Source: Acidaminococcales bacterium
Lineage (GTDB): Bacteria > Bacillota > Negativicutes > Acidaminococcales > JAISLQ01
Length of the DNA stretch: 60,442 nt
Reading direction: 5' to 3'
Assembly (NCBI GenBank): GCA_031290885.1
Contig: JAISLQ010000012.1
Coordinates: 1-60,442 of the forward strand
The notes under the pieces are model-generated. The model was not told where the DNA came from, did no database searches, and saw only the letters and a list, made by a program, of their open reading frames with translations. How positions within the stretch are numbered: the first letter of the stretch is position 1; the number at the start of each line of letters is the position of its first letter. The position numbers and the translations under genes were made by a program. Below, one piece after another: positions 9,300 to 19,395 of the stretch.

Positions 9300-11084
9300 C
9301 TATTTGACGTTGAAATACTGCCCGAGAATATCTTTGGCGATGGGAATGGCGGCGGACGCGCCGTAGCCCCCCTGTTCCACCAGCACGGCGATGGCTATCT
9401 CCGGCTCGTCCGCCGGAGCGTAGGCGACAAACAAGCCGTGGTCGCGGCCGTGCGAGTTTTCCGAAGTGCCGGTCTTGCCGGCCATAGGTATGGGAAAATC
9501 AGCCAGCTGCCAAGCCGTGCCGCCTTCCTGCGCCACGGCGCGCAAAGCCTTTTTGATTATGCGGCCGGTTTCCGCCGATATGGGCAGCCGGCCTTTTTGT
9601 TCAGGCCCTATGCGTTCCACCAGTTCCCCTTTGTCAGATACGATCCGGCTGACCAAATAAGGCCGGTAAAGGATGCCGCCATTGGCGATGCCCGCTATGG
9701 AAACGGCCATCTGCAAAGGGGTGGCCAGCTGAAAGCCCTGCCCGATCCCCGCGTCAAAGGTTTCCGCCAAGTACCAATCTTCCTTGAGCGTCCGCTTTTT
9801 GTATTCCACGCTGGCCACGATGCCTTCCGCTTCGCCGAAAAGATCTATCCCCGTCCGCTGGCCGTAGCCAAACCCGCGCGCGAATTTTTCTATGTTGTTC
9901 GGCCCCAGCCGGTAGGCCATTTCGTAAAAGTATACATTGTCGGACTTTATCAGCGCTTCGTTAAAATCAATCCAGCCCAACGCGCCGCCGCCGTAGTTGC
10001 CCTTTTGCGGCACCGCCCTGTGATAGCCGGCGTCGAATATCTTCTCCTGCGGCGTTACCTTGCCCAGTTCCAAGGCCGCCGCGCCCGTTACCATCTTAAA
10101 GGTCGAGCCGGGCGGGTATTCGCCGCTGATCGCTTTGTTGTTCAAAGGGTTGTACGGGTTGCGGCTCAGCGCGTCCCAATCTTTTTGCGAAATGCCGGAG
10201 ACAAATAGGTTCGGGTCAAAAGCCGGCCGGCTGACCAAGGCCAGCACGGCGCCGTCGCGCGGGTCAAGCGCGACTACGGCGGCCGCAAAGGCGTTGGGGC
10301 TGCCGCCGTTTTTGCGCAGCCATGCCAAATGTTTGTCTAGGGCGCTCTCGGCCGCTTTCTGCACTTCGATGTCAATGGTCAGGTAAATGCTGTGCCCGGG
10401 CGACGGCTCGCGTTTGCCGATCTCTTGCACGACGCGCCCGGCCACGTCAACTTCCACCCTTTTCCCGCCGTCCTGCCCGCGCAGCGTGTTGTCGTAATAC
10501 TGTTCCAGCCCCATCTTGCCGATTATGCCGCCGGCCATGTATCCTTCGCCTTTGAGGCTTTTCAGTTCCGCTTCGCTGATCTCGCCCACATAACCTATGG
10601 CGTGGGCGGCCGTTTCGCCGAAAAGATAGGTGCGCAAAGGTTGCACAATGATCGCGGCCCCCGGCAGGACGGCGCGCTTTTCTTCTATCTGCGTCATCAT
10701 CTCCGGCGTGAGGTCGCTCTTTAGCAGCACCGGCTCAAAATTGTCCTTGTTTTTCTCGATTTTTTGCATGATCGCGCTATCCGGGACATGGATGATTTCG
10801 CTCAGGCGCTTGGCCACTTCCGGCGTAAAGCCGGTTTCCCTCGCGTTCACCACCAACGTAAAGCCCGGCCGGTTGTTCACCAGCGGCACGCCGTTGCGGT
10901 CATAGAACAGGCCGCGCGGCGCCATGATCGGCGTCAGCCTTGTCCGGTTGCCGTCGGACTGCCTTTTGTAATAATCGCCTTCATATAGTTGCAAATAGGC
11001 GACCCGGCAGGCCAGGACCAAAAAAAGCAGCGCCCCCAGCAAACTTATACATTCAAACCGATAGGCGTATTTTTTCGTAAGCAT
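9300..11084 (-). CDS. mrdA: penicillin-binding protein 2 (class B)
   Basis: APRGLFYDRNG, SxxK (GSTFK), SxN (SDN), KTG motifs. Confidence 0.95.
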   Translation of the reverse strand: MLTKKYAYRFECISLLGALLFLVLACRVAYLQLYEGDYYKRQSDGNRTRLTPIMAPRGLFYDRNGVPLVNNRPGFTLVVNARETGFTPEVAKRLSEIIHVPDSAIMQKIEKNKDNFEPVLLKSDLTPEMMTQIEEKRAVLPGAAIIVQPLRTYLFGETAAHAIGYVGEISEAELKSLKGEGYMAGGIIGKMGLEQYYDNTLRGQDGGKRVEVDVAGRVVQEIGKREPSPGHSIYLTIDIEVQKAAESALDKHLAWLRKNGGSPNAFAAAVVALDPRDGAVLALVSRPAFDPNLFVSGISQKDWDALSRNPYNPLNNKAISGEYPPGSTFKMVTGAAALELGKVTPQEKIFDAGYHRAVPQKGNYGGGALGWIDFNEALIKSDNVYFYEMAYRLGPNNIEKFARGFGYGQRTGIDLFGEAEGIVASVEYKKRTLKEDWYLAETFDAGIGQGFQLATPLQMAVSIAGIANGGILYRPYLVSRIVSDKGELVERIGPEQKGRLPISAETGRIIKKALRAVAQEGGTAWQLADFPIPMAGKTGTSENSHGRDHGLFVAYAPADEPEIAIAVLVEQGGYGASAAIPIAKDILGQYFNVK

Positions 11085-11096
11085 AAAACTACCCCG

Positions 11097-11585
11097 TCAT
11101 CTTTTCACAAGCCGCCTTATCCTACCAAACAAGAAAAACAAAGGCAGGGCCAGCAATATGTTGTACGCTATCCGCCCAAAGGCCGCCGACAGGAGCGCGG
11201 ACGTATCGGTCAGCCGGTAGCCGCACAGAAAAAGCGCCGCCGCCCACGCAGCTTCCCGCGCGACGTTAAAGCCGGCGCTCAAAAACAAGGGGAACAGGCA
11301 GTTGTCTTTAAAAACTTTTTTCTGCATTGCCCCGGAGCACAGGCCAACGAAAAACAGGAAAAAAATATTAAAGCCAAAAAAGCCTATGTTCAAAAGATCG
11401 CAAAACAAGCCGACAAAAAAACCTGCCGTCATCCCGGCCGTGCCCCCGGCGGCCGTTCCGGCGAAAATTGCAAAGGCCAGCGGGATGTCCGGCCTTATGC
11501 CATAAACAGACAAAAAATGCGAAAAGGTAGTTTGCAGGGCAACAACCGCTATTATGGCGGCAGGCCAGTTGAGCAGCAAATTCAC
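11097..11585 (-). CDS. mreD: rod shape-determining protein MreD
   Basis: Hydrophobic 162 aa, IRPDIPL and GLFCDLL motifs, between mreC and mrdA. Confidence 0.88.
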   Translation of the reverse strand: MNLLLNWPAAIIAVVALQTTFSHFLSVYGIRPDIPLAFAIFAGTAAGGTAGMTAGFFVGLFCDLLNIGFFGFNIFFLFFVGLCSGAMQKKVFKDNCLFPLFLSAGFNVAREAAWAAALFLCGYRLTDTSALLSAAFGRIAYNILLALPLFFLFGRIRRLVKR

Positions 11586-12457
11586 CGTTCGGCTACCGCC
11601 TTTTCCGGGGGGGCGCCGGTTTCCGCGTAATTGGGCGCGTTGACGATGACCATCACCTCTTCCAGCCGGGAAAAGTCCACCGTAGGCTCAATAACCGCAT
11701 ATTTAAGAAGCCCGCCCTCGGCGTTCACCACTTTCGCCACCACGCCGATGACAATCCCTTTAGGATAAATGCTGCCCAGCCCGGAGGTCAGTATGGTGTC
11801 GCCAACCACTATGTCGGCATCGCGCGCCAGGTTGAGGAGATTGGGGGCAAAAGGGGTGCTGGCGTTCCCGCTGACGATGCCGGACACCCTGGAAGCCGGC
11901 CGCTGCACAATGCCGCCGACCGCCGATTTGGGATGCAGCATGAGCTGCACGCGGGCGGAGGCGCGGTACACTTCCACTACGCTGCCCACCAGCCCGTTGG
12001 CCGTAACTACCGACATTTCCCGCTCAATGCCGTCTTTTTTGCCGCGTTCAATGATCAAGCTGCCTTCCAGCCCGCCCGGATTGAACCCTACCACTTTGGC
12101 CGGCAAAAGTATATGGCGGCGCTGGCTTTTCTTAAAGTTCAAAAGCTCGCGCAGCCGGCCGTTTTCCGCCCAAATTTCCGCCGCGTCCATATTGGCGCGC
12201 CGCAAATCCGCGATTTCCTTTTTCAGCGTTTCATTTTCTTCATATACGTACATGATCGAGCCGAGCATGCGCCCGGCTTGCCCCGCCGCGTTGCCGACGC
12301 TGCTGAGAACGGAATCGACCGGCGCCAGGACGTTCACCAGCAAAGACCGCAGCAAAGGGAAATGCACCATCCCGCCTGCCTCCGATACGGCCAGCGCCGC
12401 GACAAGCAAAAGCGCGGCCAGCAAAACTAAATTTTTTCGGCCACGAACTCTTCTCAT
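11582..12457 (-). CDS. mreC: rod shape-determining protein MreC
   Basis: N-terminal TM, coiled coil ENGRLRELL, GLVGSV, TSGLGSIYPKGI. Confidence 0.93.
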   Translation of the reverse strand: MRRVRGRKNLVLLAALLLVAALAVSEAGGMVHFPLLRSLLVNVLAPVDSVLSSVGNAAGQAGRMLGSIMYVYEENETLKKEIADLRRANMDAAEIWAENGRLRELLNFKKSQRRHILLPAKVVGFNPGGLEGSLIIERGKKDGIEREMSVVTANGLVGSVVEVYRASARVQLMLHPKSAVGGIVQRPASRVSGIVSGNASTPFAPNLLNLARDADIVVGDTILTSGLGSIYPKGIVIGVVAKVVNAEGGLLKYAVIEPTVDFSRLEEVMVIVNAPNYAETGAPPEKAVAER

Positions 12458-12496
12458 AATTTGCCGAAACCTCCATGGAAGCGTAGAAAAGGCCGC

Positions 12497-13528
12497 CTAA
12501 CTATGCCGCGACGCTATAAACCCTTTGCTGTAAACGTCAATGCGCTCAACCGCCTTGCCCGTGCCAAGGACCACGCAATCTAAAGCCTCCTCCGACAAGT
12601 AGACCGGCATGCCTGTTTCGTTGCTCAAAAGTTTGTCAAGTTTGCGCAGCATGGACGAGCCGCCGGTCATGACGATGCCCCTGTCCATTATGTCGGCCGC
12701 CAACTCCGGCGGGGTGCGTTCCAGGGTGTTTTTCACCGCTTCGATGATCCTGGACACAGGCTCGCTAAGCGCCTGCTGCACTTGCTTGGCGCTGACCACT
12801 ATCGTCCTGGGCAGGCCCTGCATCAAATCGAGGCCGCGTATTTCATAGTTTTCCTCCACGTCCGGCGCAATCGCCGACCCGATATTGATCTTGGCCTCCT
12901 CCGCAGTGCGCTCGCCGATCATGAGGTTGTTTGCCTTTTTGATATATTGCACGATCGCCTCGTCCATTTTATAGCCCCCGATCGGGATGGAATGGCTTGT
13001 CACTATGCCGCCGAGGGAAATGACCGCCACTTCCGTCGTGCCGCCGCCGATATCGACCACCATGCTGCCGGTCGGTTCCTGTACGGGCAGCCCGGCGCCA
13101 ATGGCCGCCGCCATTGGCTCCTCGATGAGATGCGCCTCGCGGGCGCCCGCTTGAATCGTCGCGTCGATGACCGCGCGCTTTTCCACTTCCGTCCCGCCCG
13201 ACGGGACGCCCACGACCACCCGCGGCCGAACAAGCCGGTTGCCCCCGTTGGCTTTTTTGATAAAGTATTTCAGCATGGAAGATGCCGTGTCAAAATCCGC
13301 GATCACGCCGTCTTTCATCGGCCTGCTCGCCACGATGTTGCCGGGCGTTTTGCCCAGCATCTTCTTGGCTTCCTCCCCTACCGCCAAAAGTTCGTTGCTG
13401 TCTTTTTGAATGGCGACGACTGACGGCTCGCGGATGATGATCCCCCGCCCTTTAAGATATACCAAGGTATTGGCCGTGCCAAGATCTATGCCTAAATCCT
13501 TGGAAAAAGAATTAAATATGCCAAACAT
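12497..13528 (-). CDS. mreB: actin-like MreB
   Basis: [35 protein letters not shown]. Confidence 0.97.
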   Translation of the reverse strand: MFGIFNSFSKDLGIDLGTANTLVYLKGRGIIIREPSVVAIQKDSNELLAVGEEAKKMLGKTPGNIVASRPMKDGVIADFDTASSMLKYFIKKANGGNRLVRPRVVVGVPSGGTEVEKRAVIDATIQAGAREAHLIEEPMAAAIGAGLPVQEPTGSMVVDIGGGTTEVAVISLGGIVTSHSIPIGGYKMDEAIVQYIKKANNLMIGERTAEEAKINIGSAIAPDVEENYEIRGLDLMQGLPRTIVVSAKQVQQALSEPVSRIIEAVKNTLERTPPELAADIMDRGIVMTGGSSMLRKLDKLLSNETGMPVYLSEEALDCVVLGTGKAVERIDVYSKGFIASRHS

Positions 13529-13552
13529 GATGCCGGAGCCCCTTTCCCAATT

Positions 13553-14233
13553 TTAAATAAGCCCTTGCTCGCTGAAGCTGTAATATTTGCCTTCGCCGAT
13601 TATGATATGGTCGATGACCGCTATGCCCATTATGCCCCCCGCGCCAACGGCCCGGCGCGTCAGTTCTCTGTCCGCGCCGCTTGGCTTGGGGTTGCCCGAC
13701 GGATGGTTGTGCGCGACAATGACGGCGGCGGCGCGGTGCATGATGGCCGCCTGGAATATGTCGCGCGGCAGTACCACCGAGGAGAGCAAAGACCCTTGCG
13801 CGATTTTCTCAATGGCCAGCACTTGCCCTTTGGCCCCTAACATAAGCGCCAAAAATACTTCTTTTTCTTCATACCTGAGTTTAGGCGCCAAAAGCGCCAC
13901 CGCGTCCGCCGTGCCGCCGACCGACAGCCGTTCCTGCCCATCCCCGTGCGCCAGGCGCCTCCCCAGTTCCAGGGCCGCGACTACGGTGACCGCTTTGGCC
14001 GGCCCTATGCCTTTTTCCAAGGCCAATTCCGCCGGCTTCATCAGCTTCAGGCGCGCAAATTGTTCCGGGGTCGCGGCCAGCGCCCTGGCAATGTCGAGCG
14101 CGGACCTGTCCCGTCCGCCCGTGCGCAAAAGCACCGCCAAAAGTTCGGCGTTGGAGAGCGCGCCCACGCCTTTTGCCCATATCTTCTCCCGGGGGCGGTC
14201 ATCGGGCGGCAGTTTTTTTATACTCAAAAGCAA
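13553..14233 (-). CDS. radC: RadC/UPF0758 JAB-domain protein
   Basis: DRPREK, LSNAELLAVLL, AHNHPSGNPKPS.AD, DHIII. Confidence 0.95.
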   Translation of the reverse strand: MLLSIKKLPPDDRPREKIWAKGVGALSNAELLAVLLRTGGRDRSALDIARALAATPEQFARLKLMKPAELALEKGIGPAKAVTVVAALELGRRLAHGDGQERLSVGGTADAVALLAPKLRYEEKEVFLALMLGAKGQVLAIEKIAQGSLLSSVVLPRDIFQAAIMHRAAAVIVAHNHPSGNPKPSGADRELTRRAVGAGGIMGIAVIDHIIIGEGKYYSFSEQGLI

Positions 14234-14783
14234 TCCCAGCCTCTTTCAGCAAATTAAAAAGCCCCGCCAAAGGAAGCCCCACCACATTGAAATAGCATCC
14301 TTCCACACGGGTAACGAAAAGAGCGCCCATCCCCTGTATCGCGTAAGCCCCGGCTTTGTCCAAAGGTTCCCCCGTCGCCGCGTAAGCGTCTATTTCCTCG
14401 TCGGCAAGCTCGCGCATATAAACATCCGTTGTTTCCACAAATTCCCACGCCCTTTCTTGGACGCAAAGGCACACGCCGGTCAGGACCCGGTGCCGGCGGC
14501 CTGAAATCATTTTCAGCATGGCGGCCGCTTCCCGCTTCCCGCCCGGTTTGCCAAGGACGGCGCCGTCAAGCGTTACTACCGTGTCGGCGGCAAGCACGGG
14601 CGCGCCTTTTCCCAATTTGGCGCCGGCCGCCTTGCCGGCGGCGTTTTTTCGCACAAGTTCCTCCGGCGCGAACGCGCCCGGGGGAAATTCCGCGAAATCG
14701 CTCTCGGACACGGCAAAGTCCAGCCCTATCTGTTCAAGCAGCGCCTTGCGGCGCGGCGAGGCTGAAGCCAGGAAAATCTTCAT
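14199..14783 (-). CDS. maf: Maf nucleoside triphosphate pyrophosphatase
   Basis: LASASPRR, ADTVV, DKAGAYAIQG, NVVGLP. Confidence 0.95.
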   Translation of the reverse strand: MKIFLASASPRRKALLEQIGLDFAVSESDFAEFPPGAFAPEELVRKNAAGKAAGAKLGKGAPVLAADTVVTLDGAVLGKPGGKREAAAMLKMISGRRHRVLTGVCLCVQERAWEFVETTDVYMRELADEEIDAYAATGEPLDKAGAYAIQGMGALFVTRVEGCYFNVVGLPLAGLFNLLKEAGIAFEYKKTAAR

Positions 14784-14890
14784 GGGAATCACGCCCCGAA
14801 TAAAACTTGCCCTGAAGGAAACAACTAATTAATTATAGCAGATTTTGCGCCGGACGGGTGTTTTTTCGCGCCTGTTTTGGCAAATTTTCT

Positions 14891-14956
14891 TTTTGCGCCG
14901 CCCATCCGCCCGTTTGGCGGCGCAAAAAAGGGCCTCCCGCAGGAGGCCCTTTTTTT
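14891..14956. terminator. bidirectional intrinsic terminator plus an overlapping second hairpin
   Basis: AAAAAAGGGCCTCC-cgca-GGAGGCCCTTTTTT (14924-14956), overlapped by TTTTGCGCCGCC...GGCGGCGCAAAA; 20 nt after the biotin carrier stop. Confidence 0.85.
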
Positions 14957-14976
14957 ATGTCCCTTGCTTCTTGTCG

Positions 14977-15384
14977 TCAGCCCAATACAACCAATACGTC
15001 GCCGGACGCGACGCTCGCGCCCACCGTAGTGTTGACGGACGTTACAGTTCCTTCCGACGGCGAAGGGATGTCGTTTTGCATCTTCATCGATTCCATCACC
15101 AAAAGTACCTGCCCGCGGGTTATTTTGTCGCCAACCTTGACTTTGATCTCGAGTATTTTGCCGGGCATGGGAGCCTTGACAGTCGAGGCGCCAGCCGGAA
15201 CCGCCGCTTTGGGCGCTGCCGCAGCCGGAGCCGGAGCCGGAGCCGGAGCTGCCGCCGGAGCAGGAGCCGCGGCCGGAGCCGCCGCTTTGGGCGCTGCCGC
15301 TCTGGGGGCGGGCGCCGCCCCACCGATTTCATCCACGTCTACTTCATAGGACTGACCATTAACAGTTACGTTAAATTTTCTCAT
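14977..15384 (-). CDS. mmdC: biotin carboxyl carrier protein (decarboxylase gamma / 1.3S-like subunit)
   Basis: MRKFNVTVNG..YEV N-terminus, Ala/Pro linker, APMPGKI, ESMKMQN biotinylation motif. Confidence 0.92.
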   Translation of the reverse strand: MRKFNVTVNGQSYEVDVDEIGGAAPAPRAAAPKAAAPAAAPAPAAAPAPAPAPAAAAPKAAVPAGASTVKAPMPGKILEIKVKVGDKITRGQVLLVMESMKMQNDIPSPSEGTVTSVNTTVGASVASGDVLVVLG

Positions 15385-15427
15385 TAAGAGCTTGCCTCCT
15401 TAATATTTATCATTTTATGTGCTTTCC

Positions 15428-15670
15428 TTAAAACATCTGGTCGCGGGTGGTAACGGTCTCTATCCGAGCGTAATTCGTCCAGCCGGGGCTGCTTAAGCGG
15501 CCGATTATCGGCGAAATTTCTCCCCCGCCGTCATAGGCCGCTATGGCGGCCGCCACTACCGCGATTAAATCGCCGCCAACGGCTGGCGACAAAGGGGCGG
15601 CTGGCGCCGCAGAAGCCGGCGCCGCAGCCGGCCTTTGCTCTTCCGGTTTAGCTGTGCCTGAGAAACCCAT
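15428..15670 (-). CDS. small soluble delta/epsilon-like subunit (OadG-type C-terminal part, no TM helix)
   Basis: GAGGTG RBS; Ala/Pro linker, DLIAVVAAAIAAY, GWTNYARIE; between the carboxyltransferase and biotin carrier genes. Confidence 0.75.
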   Translation of the reverse strand: MGFSGTAKPEEQRPAAAPASAAPAAPLSPAVGGDLIAVVAAAIAAYDGGGEISPIIGRLSSPGWTNYARIETVTTRDQMF

Positions 15671-15709
15671 AAGTTCACCTCTCTGTTCGTAAATGTAATG
15701 CGCTTTGCT

Positions 15710-17236
15710 TTAAAGCGGAATGTTCCCGTGCCGTTTGGCCGGGCGGGATTCACGCTTGGATTCCAGCATGTGCAGGGCGTTGATGATAGCCGGGCGGCTG
15801 TCCTTCGGCTCAATGACCAAATCGACGAAGCCGCGTATGGCCGCTTGGTAGGGGGTGGCGAAGTTGACGACATATTCTTCGGTCTTGGCTTTCACGTCAG
15901 GGTCGTTCTTGAATATGATGTTGGCCGCGCCGGCCGGCCCCATAACCGCGATTTCCGCCGTCGGCCAGGCAATTACCTGGTCCGCGCCCAAATCCTGCGA
16001 ACACATGGCCAGGTAAGAACCGCCGTAGGCTTTTCTGGTAACCAGCGTAACTTTGGCCACGGTAGCTTCCGAATAAGCGTACAGCATCTTCGCGCCTTTG
16101 CGGATGATGCCGCCGTATTCTTGTTGGACGCCCGGCAAAAAGCCCGGCACGTCCACGAGGTTCAAAAGCGCGATGTTGAAAGCGTCGCAGAAACGGATGA
16201 AGCGCGAGGCCTTGTCGGCGGCGTTGTAATCAAGGCAGCCGGCCATGACTTTCGGCTGGTTGGCGATGATGCCAACGGTCTGCCCGTCCATGCGCGCGAA
16301 GCAAGTAATGATGTTTTGCGCGAAATATTGCTGCGATTCGTAGAATTCGCCGTTGTCCACTATGCTCTTGATCACGTCTTTCATGTCGTAGGCCATGTTG
16401 GAATTGTCCGGCAGCAAGGCATTGAGGGCGGGGTCGGTCCTCTGCGGGTCGTCGCCGGTCTCCACGATCGGCGCCGGCTCGAGGTTGTTGCTGGGCAAAA
16501 AGCTCAGAAGGTGCCTTATCTGTTTCAGGCAGTCCTCGTCGTTTTCCGCCGCGAAATGCGCGACGCCGGAGGTGCTGTTGTGCGTCATGGCGCCGCCCAG
16601 GGCTTCTTGCGTTACCACTTCGCCCGTTACGGATTTTACGACTTCCGGGCCGGTTATGAACATTTTGCTGGAGTTTTTGACCATATAGACAAAGTCGGTA
16701 AGGGCCGGCGAATATACCGCGCCGCCGGCGGATGGGCCCATAATGGCCGATATCTGCGGCACGACGCCGGAGGCGATGGTATTGGCAAAGAATATTTTGC
16801 CGTAACCGGCCAAGGCGTCCACCGCTTCTTGAATGCGCGCGCCGCCCGAGTCGTTGAGGCCGACTACCGGAGCGCCCATCTTGAGGGCGAGATTAAGCAC
16901 CTTGACGATTTTGGCCGCGTGCATTTCGCCCAGCGAGCCGCCTTCCACCGTAAAATCTTGGGCAAACACATAGACAAGCCGTCCGTCGATGGTGCCATAG
17001 CCCGTCGTTACGCCTTCGCCCGGCAGTTCTTTTTTCTCCTGGCCAAAATTCGTGCAGCGGTGGGCGACAAAACGATCCAGTTCCACGAAACTGCCCTGGT
17101 CCAAAAGTATGTCGATCCTTTCGCGCGCGGTAAGCTTACCGCTTTCGTGCTGTTTGTCGACGCGTTTCTGGCCGCCCGCGGCAAGTATTTTCGCCGCGCG
17201 CTTTTTTAAATCCTCAATCCTTGCTTGAGTTGACAA
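15710..17236 (-). CDS. mmdA: methylmalonyl-CoA decarboxylase alpha / acyl-CoA carboxyltransferase
   Basis: [32 protein letters not shown], terminal KRHGNIPL; TTG start after GGAGGTG. Confidence 0.93.
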   Translation of the reverse strand: MSTQARIEDLKKRAAKILAAGGQKRVDKQHESGKLTARERIDILLDQGSFVELDRFVAHRCTNFGQEKKELPGEGVTTGYGTIDGRLVYVFAQDFTVEGGSLGEMHAAKIVKVLNLALKMGAPVVGLNDSGGARIQEAVDALAGYGKIFFANTIASGVVPQISAIMGPSAGGAVYSPALTDFVYMVKNSSKMFITGPEVVKSVTGEVVTQEALGGAMTHNSTSGVAHFAAENDEDCLKQIRHLLSFLPSNNLEPAPIVETGDDPQRTDPALNALLPDNSNMAYDMKDVIKSIVDNGEFYESQQYFAQNIITCFARMDGQTVGIIANQPKVMAGCLDYNAADKASRFIRFCDAFNIALLNLVDVPGFLPGVQQEYGGIIRKGAKMLYAYSEATVAKVTLVTRKAYGGSYLAMCSQDLGADQVIAWPTAEIAVMGPAGAANIIFKNDPDVKAKTEEYVVNFATPYQAAIRGFVDLVIEPKDSRPAIINALHMLESKRESRPAKRHGNIPL

Positions 17237-17289
17237 ATCATTACACCTCCATATAGTTTTCGGCAACTGCTCTTGCTGCTGTCTCTTGC

Positions 17290-17754
17290 TTATTCAATGA
17301 GATCTTTGGTCACGGGGTCGAATTTATATTTGTGCGGTTTGCGCTCGCAAATCTCCACAAGTATGCCGGGGGTCGATTTCGGGTGCAGGAAAGCGATGGC
17401 GGAACCGGCCGCGCCGTAACGGGGCTTTTTGTCGATCAGGCGCACGCCTTTGGCTTCCAGATCGGCAAGCGCCGCGCCGATGTCGTCGACGCGGAGCGCG
17501 ACGTGCTGTATGGCGGTTTCGCCTTTGTCAGCCATAAATTTGCCGATCGGGCCGTCCGGCTCGGTTGATTCCAAAAATTCCAGCTCGCCGGCCGGGCCGA
17601 GCGGGAAAAAGCTGACTTTTACTTTCTGCGGGGCGACAATTTCGTCCTCCGGCAGCGGCTGTATGCCGAAAGTGTCCTGGTAAAGCTTCTTCGTGGCGTC
17701 AAGGTTTTTCACTCCGATGCCGATGTGGTCAATGCACAATACTTTAAAACTCAT
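17290..17754 (-). CDS. mce: methylmalonyl-CoA epimerase (VOC fold)
   Basis: [41 protein letters not shown]. Confidence 0.93.
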   Translation of the reverse strand: MSFKVLCIDHIGIGVKNLDATKKLYQDTFGIQPLPEDEIVAPQKVKVSFFPLGPAGELEFLESTEPDGPIGKFMADKGETAIQHVALRVDDIGAALADLEAKGVRLIDKKPRYGAAGSAIAFLHPKSTPGILVEICERKPHKYKFDPVTKDLIE

Positions 17755-17811
17755 TGAACTTCCCCCTAATTTTTATTTGTTTGTCAATTATTATTTGTTT
17801 GACTTTGCCGT

Positions 17812-18747
17812 TTATTTAAGAATTTTGTCAAGTATATCGTCGGCGATGGAATAAGGGTCTATTTCCCGTTGCTGCAGGCGGACGATGGTCTTTTCAAAAT
17901 CACGCGTTTCCGTAACCGTCTTGTTGATGTGCCGCCTTATGCGCTCGGCGATCATGGCCAGAAGTTCCGTCTTTATGCTCTCCGCCCGGCGCGCCTTTAA
18001 CTCATTTGATTCTTTGAGATACTTGGCGTGCGCCTCTATGGAGTCAATGACCTCCAGCACGCCCTCGCTCTCGCTGGCGACGGTGCGGTTGATCGGAGGC
18101 CTCCAGCCTTTGCTGCCGCTAAGTTCCAGCATCATCTCAATCTCAATATGCAGTTTCTCCACGCCTTCGCGATCGGCCTTGTTGATGGTGAAAAGATCGC
18201 CTATCTCGAGAATGCCCGCTTTTATCGCCTGTATGTCGTCACCCAGGCCAGGGACAAGGACCACCATGGTCGTGTCGGCTGTTTTTACAATGTCGACTTC
18301 CGATTGCCCAACGCCAACCGTTTCGATTATGATAATGTCGCAGCCGAAAGCGTCCAAAACTTTCACGGCATCCGCCGTCTTTTGCGACAGGCCGCCGAGG
18401 CTGCCGCGGGTAGCCATGCTGCGGATAAATACGCCCTCGTCCATAGCTATGTCCATCATTCTGATGCGATCGCCCAAGATAGCGCCGCCAGAATACGGGC
18501 TTGTAGGATCAACCGCAATAATGCCTACCGATTTGCCGCGTTTGCGGTATTCTTTGGCCAGTTTATCTGTCAATGTGCTTTTCCCGGCGCCGGGCGGCCC
18601 GGTTATTCCGAGTATATATGCCCGGCCGGTATGCGGATAGAGGGCTTGCATTATACCCGTCGCTTCCGGATATTCATTTTCAACGGCGGTTATGCCTTTG
18701 GCCGCCGCCAATCGTGATCTACCCAGTACGCCTTTAACAATATCCAT
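17812..18747 (-). CDS. meaB: methylmalonyl-CoA mutase-associated GTPase MeaB
   Basis: GITGPPGAGKST, AVDPTSPYSGGAILGDRIRM, ETVGVGQSE, INKAD; start moved to MDIVK. Confidence 0.95.
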   Translation of the reverse strand: MDIVKGVLGRSRLAAAKGITAVENEYPEATGIMQALYPHTGRAYILGITGPPGAGKSTLTDKLAKEYRKRGKSVGIIAVDPTSPYSGGAILGDRIRMMDIAMDEGVFIRSMATRGSLGGLSQKTADAVKVLDAFGCDIIIIETVGVGQSEVDIVKTADTTMVVLVPGLGDDIQAIKAGILEIGDLFTINKADREGVEKLHIEIEMMLELSGSKGWRPPINRTVASESEGVLEVIDSIEAHAKYLKESNELKARRAESIKTELLAMIAERIRRHINKTVTETRDFEKTIVRLQQREIDPYSIADDILDKILK

Positions 18748-18967
18748 TAGGTACACCGCCTTGAAGAATGATGTCGGCCGTTCTGCCTGCCCGGCGGCCA
18801 AGCCCTGCCGGTTGTCCAGATATCTGTGCCCGCTGTTTTGACAAATGAAACCATTTGCCGCCAAGACGGCCATGGCGCCTTCTCCCCGGACTGCCTGACG
18901 CCTTTCGCGGCGCGCCGGCCTTGCGGCAGCCGGCGCAAGGCCGAGCTGCCGCAAACCTTTGCCGCCG

Positions 18968-19363
18968 TTATTTCACGTTGCCCTTGATAAATTCGATTAT
19001 CTTGCTGGTGGGCGTCCCGGGCGTATAGATGTCGGCAATGCCGGCCTCTTTGAGGCCGGGGATGTCCGCGTCGGGAATAACGCCGCCGCCGACGACCAGC
19101 ACGTCGTTTAGCCCTTTTGCTTTCAGCAGTTTGGTAACTTCCGGGAAAAGCGTGTTGTGCGCGCCGGACAAAAGGCTGAGCGCCACCACGTTGACGTCTT
19201 CTTGCAGGGCGGTTTCCACGATTTGTTCCGGGGTCAGGCGTATGCCTGTGTATATAACCTCAAAACCGGCGTCGCGCAGGGCGCGGGCAACCACTTTGGC
19301 GCCGCGGTCGTGCCCGTCAAGGCCCGGCTTCGCGACCAATACTCTAATCCTTTTCTCTGCCAT
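18968..19363 (-). CDS. methylmalonyl-CoA mutase, cobalamin-binding small subunit
   Basis: [12 protein letters not shown] (DxHxxG), [15 protein letters not shown]. Confidence 0.95.
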   Translation of the reverse strand: MAEKRIRVLVAKPGLDGHDRGAKVVARALRDAGFEVIYTGIRLTPEQIVETALQEDVNVVALSLLSGAHNTLFPEVTKLLKAKGLNDVLVVGGGVIPDADIPGLKEAGIADIYTPGTPTSKIIEFIKGNVK

Positions 19364-19395
19364 TATATAATTCCCTCCCTAAAATCTCTTCTCAA

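Noticed and set aside
15220-15300. GCCGGA tandem repeats
   Set aside because: They encode the normal Ala-Pro linker of the biotin carrier
15698-17209. 503-aa plus-strand ORF
   Set aside because: Antisense shadow of mmdA
18748-18954. 68-codon N-terminal extension of MeaB, and similar extensions of ecfA2, ecfT, 23936, 46032 and 49119
   Set aside because: Open frames through GC-rich spacers or upstream genes; family-typical starts with an RBS or ATGA coupling lie downstream
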